A stretch of DNA of 64,000 bases from Octopus bimaculoides (taxonomy: Eukaryota), in the NCBI RefSeq assembly GCF_001194135.2, contig NC_068986.1, positions 96,016,965 to 96,080,964 of the forward strand, given 5' to 3'. Under the pieces are notes generated by a model, which ran no database searches, was not told the origin of the DNA, and saw only the letters and a list, made by a program, of their open reading frames with translations. How positions within the stretch are numbered: position 1 is the first letter of the stretch; every line of letters begins with the position of its first letter. Made by a program: the position numbers and the translations under genes. Shown here in pieces: positions 1 to 10,835 of the stretch.

Positions 1-22
1 TTCGTAGGATTTCCGAGCGAGA

Positions 23-309
23 TCATTGCCAGTGCCCCTGGACTGGCTCTTGTGCGGGTGGCACATAAAAGACACCATTTTGAGCATGGCCGTTGCCAGT
101 ACTGCCTGACTGGCTTTCGTGCGGGTGACACATAAAAGCACCCACTACACTCTCTAAGTGGTTGGCGTTAGGAAGGGCATCCAGCTGTAGAAACACTGCC
201 AAATTAGATTGGAGCCTGGTGTTGCCATCCGGTTTCACCAGTCCTCAGTCAAATCGTCCAACCCATGCTAGCATAGAAAGCGGACGTTAAACGATGATGA
301 TGATGATGA
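23..309 (+). mobile_element. RTE-type LINE 3' end / derived SINE (family A)
   Basis: Two tandem ~65-bp units, GGAAGGGCATCCAGCTGTAGAAAC, palindrome CCATGCTAGCAT, ending GGACGTTAAAC(GAT)n. Confidence 0.8.
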
Positions 310-1230
310 TATATATGTATGCATTTGTTTCAGTGTGTATTTGTAGTTGGGTGTGTTTGTGTACATGTTGTAATATCACCAATATGGCTAAAGGAAACTA
401 TCTCAAGGAAGTATTCTTTAAACTGAATGTATATATGGTAAGGTTTCACACATGTAAGTTGACGAATTTCAGTTAATTGAGACAATCCAATCAATTGGAG
501 ATTTAAAAAAAAATCTCATTTTAGAATCATTTAAAAAAGAAACAAAACTATAAGCAAGGGAGATAACTCCAGTAAGCTCGCTTGATTAGTAATGTGACTC
601 ACCACCATCAACAATCAAGTCAATGAGGGAGTACGTATGGTCATTCATTCTGTTGACAGTAGCAAAAAATTTACCTCAAATCACATCCTATCATGATCTT
701 GATGGACTCCCATATTCATGCTAAATTAGTTACTGATTTCATTACTTTCACCTAACTCCTCTGTACATGGTATGCGCCACTTTCACAAGCCTTTCATCCA
801 CATCTAGTTTATTTAGCAATCACCAAATTACAGCACATGGAAACCTGTCTAAAGCCTTCTCCAGGTTGACATATGCTAGAGACAGTAGCTTATCTTTGAG
901 TACCTCTGAGTTTATTTCACTAGGAAGATGGCATCAGTAGTACTTCTTCCTTGCACATCACTGAGCTGTATCTTATCTAAGCAGACTCTCTTCCTAATCA
1001 GTTGTAACACTCATAACATGATCCAACAGTTTGATGCTTTTATAGTTGCTGAGAAAAATAAGAGATGTTTATGGTAAGAACACCTTTAGCCATGTCAGCT
1101 CATTCGGGTTCTTCTTGGGGCTAAACAGCAACAGAATTTCTACTTCCATTACCACTGTCTCCACCACTATACCATCAACACAAACACAACCAGCTATTTA
1201 ACTCTATCGTGCTACTCCCTTATATTGCAG

Positions 1231-1336
1231 GTCCTAGCCCGGGTGAAACATCTCATGTCATCCACAGATGTCCATATTCAGCTTTTGGCTTTGGACACAG
1301 TATGTGCAGCAATTCAGTCTCTCCAACCACATGAAG
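1231..1336 (+). CDS. TTI1: TTI1 exon (1st in window)
   Basis: tattgcag|GTC ... GAAG|gtaagt; VLARVKHLMSSTDVHIQLLALDTVCAAIQSLQPHE. Confidence 0.88.
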
Positions 1337-4300
1337 GTAAGTTGGGTTGTGTGTGACTCGAAGGTTTACTGGCAACTAGGGCTGTATGAGGTAAGGTGTT
1401 TAGTTACTAGTGACAGGGGCTGATTATGAGAGGTTGAAGGGTTGGTCATCTACTGGCTGTCTGAGAGATTAAGGAGATGGTCTGCTTGCAGATGGAGCTG
1501 AGTGTCTGAGAGGTTAAGGGGATGGTCAACTCAATACCTGGGATGTGATAGTTTGGGAGGTTAAAGGGGTTGGTCTACACTATTCCTGAAAAGAAAATTT
1601 AGATAGTTGTAAGACAAGACAAAGTCATATACTAAAATCTTTTAATGATTAAATCTGAAACATTGATTTAGTAAACATATCAGATATACTGATCACATGG
1701 TATATTTAGTAAGTAAATAAATCTCCATCAGTTTTGTTGATGATTATTCAGTTTGATCAACTGGACTATCTGCTTATTGAATTGGCATATATATGGCTGA
1801 GTATTTCACAGTTACATTTATCTTTAATATAGTCCTCAGACAATCAGTGTAATGCAATGTGATATGGTCAGACCTCTGAATTACCGCTTCAGTCCATCGG
1901 ATAAGCATCTGCAGTTTTTGTGTACCTAATTTCACATGTAAGGTTTGGGTCAACCTGAGGTTCCTAGGAAAAGACACTTGCCCAAGATGCCACATATTGG
2001 GATTGAAACTTGGACCTAATGATCGTAAGGCAAGCTTTTTGACCATTTAAAAATACTTGATTCAATACAATATCTTTGACTGTAGGTCTGTCTGTTCATT
2101 CAGGGCTGATTTGAGGCTAAACAAGAAGGAAATACTACAATGTTAATAATGACGATTATAACAGTAATAACGATGATAGTTGTATGAGACAGTATTTATG
2201 TGATATAGTAATAATGTGTGTGTATGTGCTTTTATACCATCACTTGGCTCACATTCTCCACATCTACTTTTTCAGATGAACTTTTACCTCAAGTACACCA
2301 GCTGTGGTCTCCATTATCTCAGAGATTTTCTGATAAGAAAATACTTGTTAGAACAAAGGTAAAGAGTAAAATTAAAATTGGGGTTATTATATTTGCTTAC
2401 ATTTCTCTTTCGACTGTTTTCGCTCTCATTCTTCTTCCTGTATCATCTATCTTCTGTTTTCATTATCTACTAATGTAGTTTCAGTGAGAAAATTACACCT
2501 GAAAAGCCCAGTTTCCAACATTTGCCACATCGTCATCTGTTTTCCATGTTGGCATGGATTGGACAGTTTGACAGGAACTGACAAGGCCAGTAATCACATC
2601 AGGTTCCATTGTCTGGTTTGGCTTGATTTCTACAGCTGATGCCCTTCCTAAAACTAACCACTTTACAGAGTACCATCACCAGTGCTTTTTACATGGCACC
2701 AGTACCTACACCAATGGTTTTTACATGGTACCTTGGGTTTAGGATCTCAATTCTGTTGTGGTGGGTGGGTCTTCTTGAGTACAACAATGCACCACATACC
2801 TTGGTCCTCCTCTGTCATCTCCTTCATAAGGTTCAGCATTTTGAGATCAGCCTTCAGTACTTTGTCCCATATCTTCCTCGATCTCCCTCTTCCACAACTT
2901 CTCTCCACTTTATGCAACTGTCCTCATCCATATGCGTCATATGACCAAACCAGTAAGTGTCTCTTCTCTTGCACATAATCCCTCTTATGCCTAACTTTTC
3001 TCTCAATACACCAATGCTCTGTTGAACATGTATATCGTCACGCAAGCTTTTAGCCTTTACCTGAATGACTTTCATGTTTATTGGCACACGATACCCGATC
3101 TTGATCTACATATTCAGGAACCATTCTATATTAAATATCACATTAGATGGATGAATTAAAAAAAAAACACAATGGGTAGTTAATAGAGCAGCTGCTTGAG
3201 CACATATTTTTGTGTTTATTGTCATATATTGTTCCTACTGTAGGCATTTCAATCTTTAATGTTTATGCAATATTACTGTTTTCCTCCCAGATCAAATCTT
3301 TGTAAAACATCAATTGTTCAATATTATCCATTTACAACTTGCCTTTGCACCACTGTCTTCATTTTCATGTCATCTTGAATAAGAGTTAACACATCATACT
3401 GTATGTGTTAATAGTTAAATCCAACAGTAGCAGTGATAGACTAGAGAACGACATCAAAATTGCAAAACAATAGAATTCAATGAAAATAATGATGCTCTGT
3501 GCCAGCAATAAATAGTGATATCAGTTTCTAATCTTATTGTAATGACAGAATGAGCTGTTTGCTTCCAATGAATATTCCTACACACAGAGCTCACAAAAAA
3601 TATTGCTTTGGACTCTAAACTTTTTAATGGAATCATAGGAGGGTGTCATTGTGTTTTGGGGTATTTGTAGATATGGCAGCCTATCCCTTTCCAGATCTGA
3701 CCAAAGAATCCTTCTGGAAGAGAGACCTGTAGAAAGTGAGAAAAAATTTGACTCTACTACAGGACTGATACTTTATTTATTGACCCTGAAAGGATGAAAG
3801 GCAAAGCTGGCCATGGTAGGATTTGAACTCAAAGTGTAGAGCAGTGTTTCTCAAAATTTTTATGCTTGCGTAGCCCTTAAAATAAATTACGTGTCTCAAA
3901 GAACCCCTGCACAAAAAAATTATATACCATATCTATCTCATATTTTTTTCATCGTAGTTCATGTGGTAAATATCATATATATATATATATATCAGGTTAT
4001 ATTTTTTGAAAGCATATAGGTTAGATAGGATGATGTCTATATTACAATACCCAATAATATGTTGTGCATGTATAGTACTATTATGACCATGCAATTAGCA
4101 TTAGCTTATCTCACTCTTTTTCGCGAAAACCCAGTGTTCCAGGGAACCTCAGTTGAGAAACGTTGGTGTAGAGAGATGGAACAATTACCACAAAACAGTC
4201 TATCTGATGCTCCATCGATTTTGCCATTTGGCCTCCTAAAAATGTACTCTGCAACCAATATTTGTTTTCCAAAGATTTCATTTTAATATTTTATTAAAAA

Positions 4301-7300
4301 TATGATTCTTTCTTAAATAATTTACTAGTAAAATACCCTGCCTGTGTTTTTTTTTTAAATTTGAAAGAAAGAATTTAAATGGATTTAGTAAAATAACTCA
4401 TTTTTGTCATTATTTATCTGTTGTTTGGATTATTGCTTATAAAAGGTTTTTTCTTTTTGTTCTTATATGTAAAATTATAATTGAAAGTTTTAACATTTAA
4501 GCATTGACAGTTTTATATTCAATATTTGCACTGTTTCAGGCCCTTCACACCTTAATGGATATCTCACAGGTGTGTGGTTCATTCATCAGGAAACGCACAG
4601 TTGCCGAGGTTTATCCCACACTCTGCCGATACCTAAGTCACCAGGCTCCACTCAGGTATGTATGACTTTATCATAAATAATACTAAACATATGTTTATCA
4701 TATGTAACTTGTAGATGCGTTGTAGTGTTATACCCTATCACAAGTTGTCCAAGGGAGACTTAAGTTCTATATCACATTATTTAGTAGGGCTTATGTAACA
4801 CATAGCTTAACTCAGCTAAATATAGCTTGTGTGATGTGTCACTCAGCTGAGAACATGTTCGTGTCAAGTGTCACTTTACTGAGTTCAAGTTTGTACATTT
4901 TACTTAATTGTGTAATGTGTTACTCAGATATAAGTTTGTGTGATGTTGGAATAAATAGCATAGGAGCTCTTTATAAGCACACTAAAAAGCGTTTCACATG
5001 AAGTAGATAATATAAGTAGATAATTTTTGTTGTTAGAAAATTATCACATTGTCTTATAGTGATAAAGCATTTTTCAGATAATTTACGTTATTAATACCCA
5101 ATCCTATCCTTGAATATCTATTCATGGTATGTACCTGATATCTCCTGTATACAACTGTCTGTCTCTCTCTTTCTACTGTAGTAGCAACTGCTCTATAGCC
5201 TACACCTTTACCCAAGAGTACAAGCTCCAATTACTTACATTGCAATACTTTGGCAAACTCTGTCAAAATGTAAGTATATTCAATGAACTTCATTTTACTA
5301 TTTCTATATATATTTTTTATTATTCCTTATGTTCTTGTCTGATATATTATCATATATTTGTTAGGTTCATGCCTAGTAATCGTTAATTCTTTCACCTGTG
5401 TTTACATAGATAAACATCTTATACACATCTGTTTATACTGATTATATATACAAACACACATCTATATAATCAGATGCATGTATTTTTATACCTCCAGATA
5501 TACATGCCTATTTATATATAAAAATACCTTTACACATACACGTATGTGTGTGTGTATATATAGTAAGAAGTATGATAAACACAAGATGCTGTTTGTATCA
5601 CTTGTTCCCTTTGTACGTCGTCACTGTGGTTGTTTGCATCCTCTGCTATGGATGTTCCAAGTGCAATTGAATGCCAAACCACAACACTTCAAGGAACACT
5701 TTATTGTATTTAGTTACACAAATGAAATGCTCAAAATATGCACATGCATACACTATGCACATACATGTCCGTTTTTTTCAATACTTGCTTAGGTTGAATG
5801 ATCCAGCACAAAGTCTTGCTTCTTATCATCCCCATCATAAGATCTAGAATTCTAAGAGTAGCTTCACTTCTACCACTTGGATTCTTTGGCAATTCTTTTT
5901 GAAACTGGCCCGTAAATAGCACCATTTGAACATAATCATTACCAGCGTTGCCTTCCAGCACTTCTGCTGGTGGCACGTTAGAAAATCATTCAAGCGAGGT
6001 CGTTGCCAGTGCCACTGGACTGGCTCCCGTGCAGGTGGCATGTAAAAAACACCTTTTGAGCATGGCCGTTGCCAGTACCGTGTGACTGGCCCTCGTGCCG
6101 GTGGCACGTAAAAACACCCACTACACTCTCGGAGTGGTTGGTGTTAGGAAGGGCATCCAGCTGTAGAAACTCTGCCAGATCAGATTGGAGCCTGGTGCAG
6201 CCTTCTGGCTTGCCAGTCCTCAGTCAAATCATCCAACCCATGCTAGCATGGAAAGCGGACGTTAAACGATGATGATGATTATCCTTCATATGCATCACAT
6301 GTCTGACAGCAGATTCTTTTACCCAGTTCTCTGCCCTCAGCTCATTTTTTTTTTTACCTACACACATCTTTAAACATGATTTGCTGCACCCTTCTATCTA
6401 TATCATTTTTTCCTATTCCAGCTCGGAGTCAGTAGTAAAGAGATTGAATCTGTAGCATCTTCCTGTCTATTCTACCTCAGTGAATATCAACATGAGACTC
6501 TACAAAAGGTATGGTACTTCTCTTTTCCATTGTCTCACACACTACTACATATATTGTGCTATGCGTCTGTTAAACTAAAGCAATATAATTCAAATTATTC
6601 CAGTTTGACAAAGAGAACAAATATCCAGCTCCATTTCATATTTCTTGGATGACTAATTAACAGAAGGAAGGGTATTTGTCAGGTCCATTACGTTAACCAT
6701 CACTAGAAAAAAATGGGCATAAAATGTTCTTCATTGGACCCAGTTTCTAATTCAGATACGCTTAGATCAAAGGCAACCCAACCGTGACTACCTTGTGTTT
6801 GTTATTTGTAAGACTACATCATCAACTGTATTGTTGCACTGCTTTTTCTGGCAAATTAAGTGGCCACATAGAGGCTTCCTTGTTGGAGCAAGAAAGCACT
6901 TGTTATGCCTGAGGTCAGATTGATTAAACAGTCTTATAACCCATGACCCTTACATTTTTTTAACAGTATAAACTGCGATTACATTGCCCAATGTGTCTTC
7001 TTTTAAGACAGTAGGGTGCAATTTAAGATTTGGCTGCTGTTTCTAGCAGGTCATGCAATCATGACACAACTCCTATGAACTGAAACTTTTACACAGATGT
7101 TTTATAACACATCAGAAATATATAATGGATTTGAACTCATGACCTATGAATGTCTCTGTTTCATACTTGACCATTTCATTCTAATCCAGGCCCTTTGAAA
7201 TCTTGATCCTTCTGTATTATTTTCCTTGTAAGTAAAATAAAGTCCAGTAAAGTACTAGTAAAATATTTTCTGTTTCAGGCTGCCCTCACAACATTTGGGA

Positions 7301-9873
7301 TTTTGGTTGAGATTGATCCGGATATAATGTGGTTTAAACTATGCTCTGTGTGGTGCCCCATAGTTTACACAGCAAAATCACCCCTCTTGGAAAATATTCA
7401 GGTGAGTAGATAAAGGAGTTTATCTCCTTTCTAACCATTTAGGTTTTACTTCCAATCTGCATCTTATTCAATATATATAGATGTGTGTGTGTTGATAGGC
7501 AATTATGTTAATGAAATCTGTGTAGCATTAGAATCAAAATAGAGGAAAATTAAACATGTGGAAAGCAAATGAATAGGACAAGGAAAACAAGGAAGGATGC
7601 ACACTTTCACAGACATATATAAATCTCCTCATCACTGGTTGACTGAAGTCTCATTGTTTCAGCATATTAACAATGAGACTGTGCTTCAGCATGACTGGTG
7701 ATTTAAAGAAAAATCTACAAGAGAAAGATTTAATGACGACAGGATAATAACAAAGAAACATGGGACTGTGTTTACAGTAATGATGGGAGATGATGATACA
7801 TATGCATGCAATAGAACACTGTCAGAAATTTGTAGGTATGTGTTATTTCTTTACTACCCACAAGGGGCTACACACAGAAGGGACAAACGGATTAAGTCGA
7901 TAGTACCGACCCCAGTGCGTAACTGGTACTTATTTAATCGACCCCGAAAGGATGAAAGGCAAAGTCTACCTCGGCGGAATTTGAACTCAGAATGTAGCGG
8001 CAGACGAAATACCGTTAAGTATTTCGCCCGGCGTGCTAACGTTTCTGCCAGCTCACCGCCTTTGTAGGTATGTGTGTGGCATAGATGATTCAATTGTCTT
8101 TCATTAACATGATTGGTGCTTATTTTATTGATTCCTAGTCGAGTGGATATATCCTCCAGGGAGTTGCTAATCAGTTACCCCCCCCCCCTGCATATAGCTT
8201 TGTTACAATCTAAATTTTTTCTTTAATGGGTTAGAGGAGGAAGAAAGGAAATGCCTTTGACCATTTTTGCCGAGCCTGTCAAACTGATGAAAGAGGAGGG
8301 GAAATGATGATGTAGTAGGTCTGTCCACCCAGCTTCATCTCAAGGCTTTGGGTTAACCTAGAGCTATTGTAGGAAATATTTGTTCAAGTTGCTACTCAGT
8401 AGCATGTGCATATGTGTATATATCATCTTAATTTTACATCTAGCATGAATTGAATGGGTCCTTGCTTATTGGAAGCAACTGCTTTCATCAACTGGTGCTC
8501 ATACACGTATGCTATTTGGCTTGGTTTCTATAGCTGATACACTTCCTATCACCAACCACTTTACAGATTGTGCTGAATACATTTGCTCAAGGCACCTCAC
8601 AACTCGGCACTTTCTCTACTTGGTTTCCCTTGTATTTCATGTCACCAGCACCAAGGGCATTGTCAAATTCTGAATGATATATAAATACACTCACACATGC
8701 CAAGCTATAATGTAATTTAAAGGGTTAAGTATAAACTATGTAATCTTAAAACAGCAAAAGTGACCAAATTCTTAAATGGGAGTTGAATCATCTTTGTGCC
8801 ACATGACTGCATTAATCTGTGAAAGAAACCCTCAAATTTGGTTTGGAGGAAGGAGTCATCCCCAAGGTGTTGTTAATGTTTCCTTTGAACAGTTCCATAA
8901 CAACTGCAAGGAAAAGGGATTGGCCATATTGGTTAGTGCAAGGCCTATGGGGGTGGTGAACATGATATAGAAAATGAAAAGGAGAGCATGTCAGGAATGC
9001 TTTAGAGGAAGTTATACAAGTCATGTTAGCTCTGAGGAACAGAAGCCATTATTGCAGTGGTAAAATATGCAAAACAGACAGCATGCCTGTGGAACAGAGG
9101 TTGTAGTGGTGTGAAACTGCATGCGAAACAGCTGAATGGCCTTATTTTTTTTTGAATGAGGTCTAAAATGTCTGAGTGTGTAACACACAGATGTAGGAGC
9201 AGTATTTCACCGTGTCTCAGTTGTTTGAGGACGAATTATTTTCTGACCCTGAAGAGGAAGGCCAGTCATAAAGAGCGATCATCAGATTGTGAAGCTCCCA
9301 TCAGAGGATGTTTTCTGGATTGTTAAGGATATATGCAGATCATGTCTAAATTGTGGAAGAGTTTGTAGGAATGAGAGAAGTATCATCTGTATAAGAGTGA
9401 CCATTATTTATAACAGTAAAGTCATTGATGTGTGCAGTGGATAGTATTGAACACCAGAATTAATAAAGGTTGTGGGTTAGACTGAGGTTAGTCTGACAGG
9501 AAGCACTGATCTCAGAGATGGATGAAAAAAAAACACATTAAGTAATGCCTACAGTACAGGCAACACTATACTTTCTCTTTTCCTCTTTCATAGGCAAAGG
9601 GCTGGAATATTAACTTCTATATTTTAACTAACTGGTTGCCAAAACAGACCATCCTAGTTTTCCCAAGTTCCAAATTTTAATCCAAGATACATTGTTTGGA
9701 AATGTGACAAGATTGTCATGAGTTGAATGTCTTTGGCCATAAATGTTTGATGTGACAATAACATTCCAGAATGTTTAACATACTTTTTCTTCTTTCAGTT
9801 CAAGACCAAAAATGAGAAGAACGAATATTCCAAAAACATTGAACTTCTATTTGAAAATCCTTTGCTATCCTGA
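1231..9873 (+). CDS. TTI1: TELO2-interacting protein 1 (TTT complex), 3' partial multi-exon CDS
   Basis: join(1231-1336,2276-2358,4540-4655,5182-5269,6422-6508,7279-7401,9799-9873). All introns are GT-AG and phases match (1,0,2,0,0,0). The peptide VLARVKHLMSSTDVHIQLLALD...DELLPQVHQLWSPLSQRF...ALHTLMDISQVCGSFIRKR...YTFTQEYKLQLLTLQ...VASSCLFYLSEYQHETLQKAALTTFGILVEIDPDIMWF...NEYSKNIELL resembles, block by block, the C-terminal HEAT region of vertebrate TTI1 as I recall it. Confidence 0.9.
1428..1580 (+). repeat. Degenerate G-rich minisatellite
   Basis: Four units starting GAGAGGTT(A)AGGGG(A/T)TGGTC at about 1428, 1463, 1508 and 1555. Confidence 0.6.
2276..2358 (+). CDS. TTI1: TTI1 exon (2nd in window)
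   Basis: ttttcag|AT ... AAG|gtaaag; DELLPQVHQLWSPLSQRFSDKKILVRTK. Confidence 0.9.
2525..2715 (-). mobile_element. Diverged family A retroelement tail
   Basis: Reverse complement of the family A 3' end (tctacagctgatgcccttcct...aaccactttacagag). Confidence 0.6.
2925..3080 (-). mobile_element. RTE LINE ORF2 C-terminal remnant
   Basis: LREKLGIRGI...WFGHMTHMDEDSCIK, homologous to the copy at 15510-15670. Confidence 0.7.
3842..4165. mobile_element. Non-autonomous hAT (Charlie-like) MITE nested in a family B SINE
   Basis: TIRs CAGTGTTTCTCAA / TTGAGAAACGTTG with a perfect 8-bp TSD GTGTAGAG (3834-3841, 4166-4173). Confidence 0.85.
4540..4655 (+). CDS. TTI1: TTI1 exon (3rd in window)
   Basis: tgtttcag|GCC ... 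CAG|gtatgt; ALHTLMDISQVCGSFIRKRTVAEVYPTLCRYLSHQAPL. Confidence 0.9.
5182..5269 (+). CDS. TTI1: TTI1 exon (4th in window)
   Basis: ctactgtag|T ... AAT|gtaagt; SNCSIAYTFTQEYKLQLLTLQYFGKLCQN. The tandem acceptor means the exon could start at 5185. Confidence 0.85.
5944..6279 (+). mobile_element. Family A retroelement tail with three tandem units
   Basis: Same diagnostic motifs as 23-309, (GAT)n tail. Confidence 0.8.
6422..6508 (+). CDS. TTI1: TTI1 exon (5th in window)
   Basis: ctattccag|CTC ... AAG|gtatgg; LGVSSKEIESVASSCLFYLSEYQHETLQK. Confidence 0.9.
7279..7401 (+). CDS. TTI1: TTI1 exon (6th in window)
   Basis: tgtttcag|GCT ... CAG|gtgagt; AALTTFGILVEIDPDIMWFKLCSVWCPIVYTAKSPLLENIQ. Confidence 0.9.
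7844..8060 (-). mobile_element. tRNA-derived SINE with Deu/Nin-like central domain (family B), young copy
   Basis: Minus strand GGCGGTGAGCTGGCAGAAAC...GAGTTCAAATTCC (A/B boxes), then GCCTTTCATCCTTTCGGGGTCGATTAAATAAGTACCAG; 15-bp TSD TTTGTAGGTATGTGT (7829-7843, 8061-8075). Confidence 0.85.
9799..9873 (+). CDS. TTI1: TTI1 terminal coding exon
   Basis: ttcttctttcag|TTC ... TGA TAG; FKTKNEKNEYSKNIELLFENPLLS*. Confidence 0.8.
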   Translation, partial: FKTKNEKNEYSKNIELLFENPLLS

Positions 9874-9889
9874 TAGTGGAACAGTCCAA

Positions 9890-9895
9890 AATAAA
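9890..9895 (+). terminator. Candidate polyadenylation signal of TTI1
   Basis: AATAAA about 17 nt after the stop, followed by a T-rich tract (atgtattttt). Confidence 0.4.
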
Positions 9896-10364
9896 ATCTA
9901 ATGTATTTTTAATTCATTGAGGGCTGTGATTATAGAAACCAAAGGATACAAACTTCTGTTTGACCTTTGATTACTATAGCTAAATGTGGATGTGCTTTGA
10001 TTTCCTGGAGGATGACAGTGGATACGTAAAACAATGAGAGATCTCCTTGTGGAGGGTACAAAACTGTAAGAGCTTGAGACATATTATTGTTTAGCCTTGG
10101 ATTCATACAGTTAATTATACAAGTATACTTTGATTTCTTGTGTGCTTGAGAATGCATCACTTTTTGGCCCTCTGGCTACTTAAGTTCATCAAATTACTAC
10201 TTTATTCTCAAGATATTTTCAAACCTGAAAGTATGAGATGAAACAGGTTGTGAAATAATTAGAATATTGCAGCTGTCTTTCTCAATGACTGGGTTTGAAC
10301 CAGTTAGATTGAAGACAGTATTCAGCTTACTTATGAGCTGGTGGTGTTATTGTTTTGTACTGTG

Positions 10365-10835
10365 CAGGTGTGGCAAGAAGTTCACTTCCCAACCACAGAG
10401 TTCCTTGTTTCGTCCCACTGCATTGCACCTTAAGCAAGTGTCTTCGACTATAGCCCTAGGCTAACCAAAGCCTTGTGAGTGGATTTAGTTGGTGGAAACT
10501 GAAAAAAGCCCATCATATATATATATATATATATATCATCATCATCATCGTTTAACGTCCGCTTTCCATGCTAGCATGGGTTGGACGATTTGACTGAGGA
10601 CCGGTGAAACCGGATGGCAACACCAGGCTCCAATCTAATTTGGCAGAGTTTCTACAGCTGGATGCCCTTATATATGTGTGTGTGTGTGTATATTTGTCCC
10701 CACTGACAACCAATGCTGGTTTGTTTGGCAAGTACCAGGCTTAAAAGAAAATAAGGGGTCGATTCATTCAACTAAAACCCTTTAAGCCAGTGCTCCAGCA
10801 TGACTGCCATCCAAAGACTGAAACAAGTAACGGAA
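10365..10835 (+). mobile_element. tRNA-derived SINE family C, interrupted at its internal microsatellite by a family A tail (10536-10668, -)
   Basis: GGTGTGGCAAGAAGTTCACTTCCCAACCAC...GCAAGTGTCTTC...TTGTGAGTGGATTT...GTGCTCCAGCATG; nested inverted family A fragment in the (AT)n tract. Confidence 0.75.

Noticed and set aside
23-238. Recurrent ORFs such as LQLDALPNANHLESVVGAF (also 30973-31335, 6069-6272, 56432-56671)
   Set aside because: Chance frames through the family A repeat.
5944-6125. Regularly spaced direct repeats resembling a CRISPR array
   Set aside because: Eukaryotic context, no unique spacers, and the units recur inside every copy of a retroelement tail.
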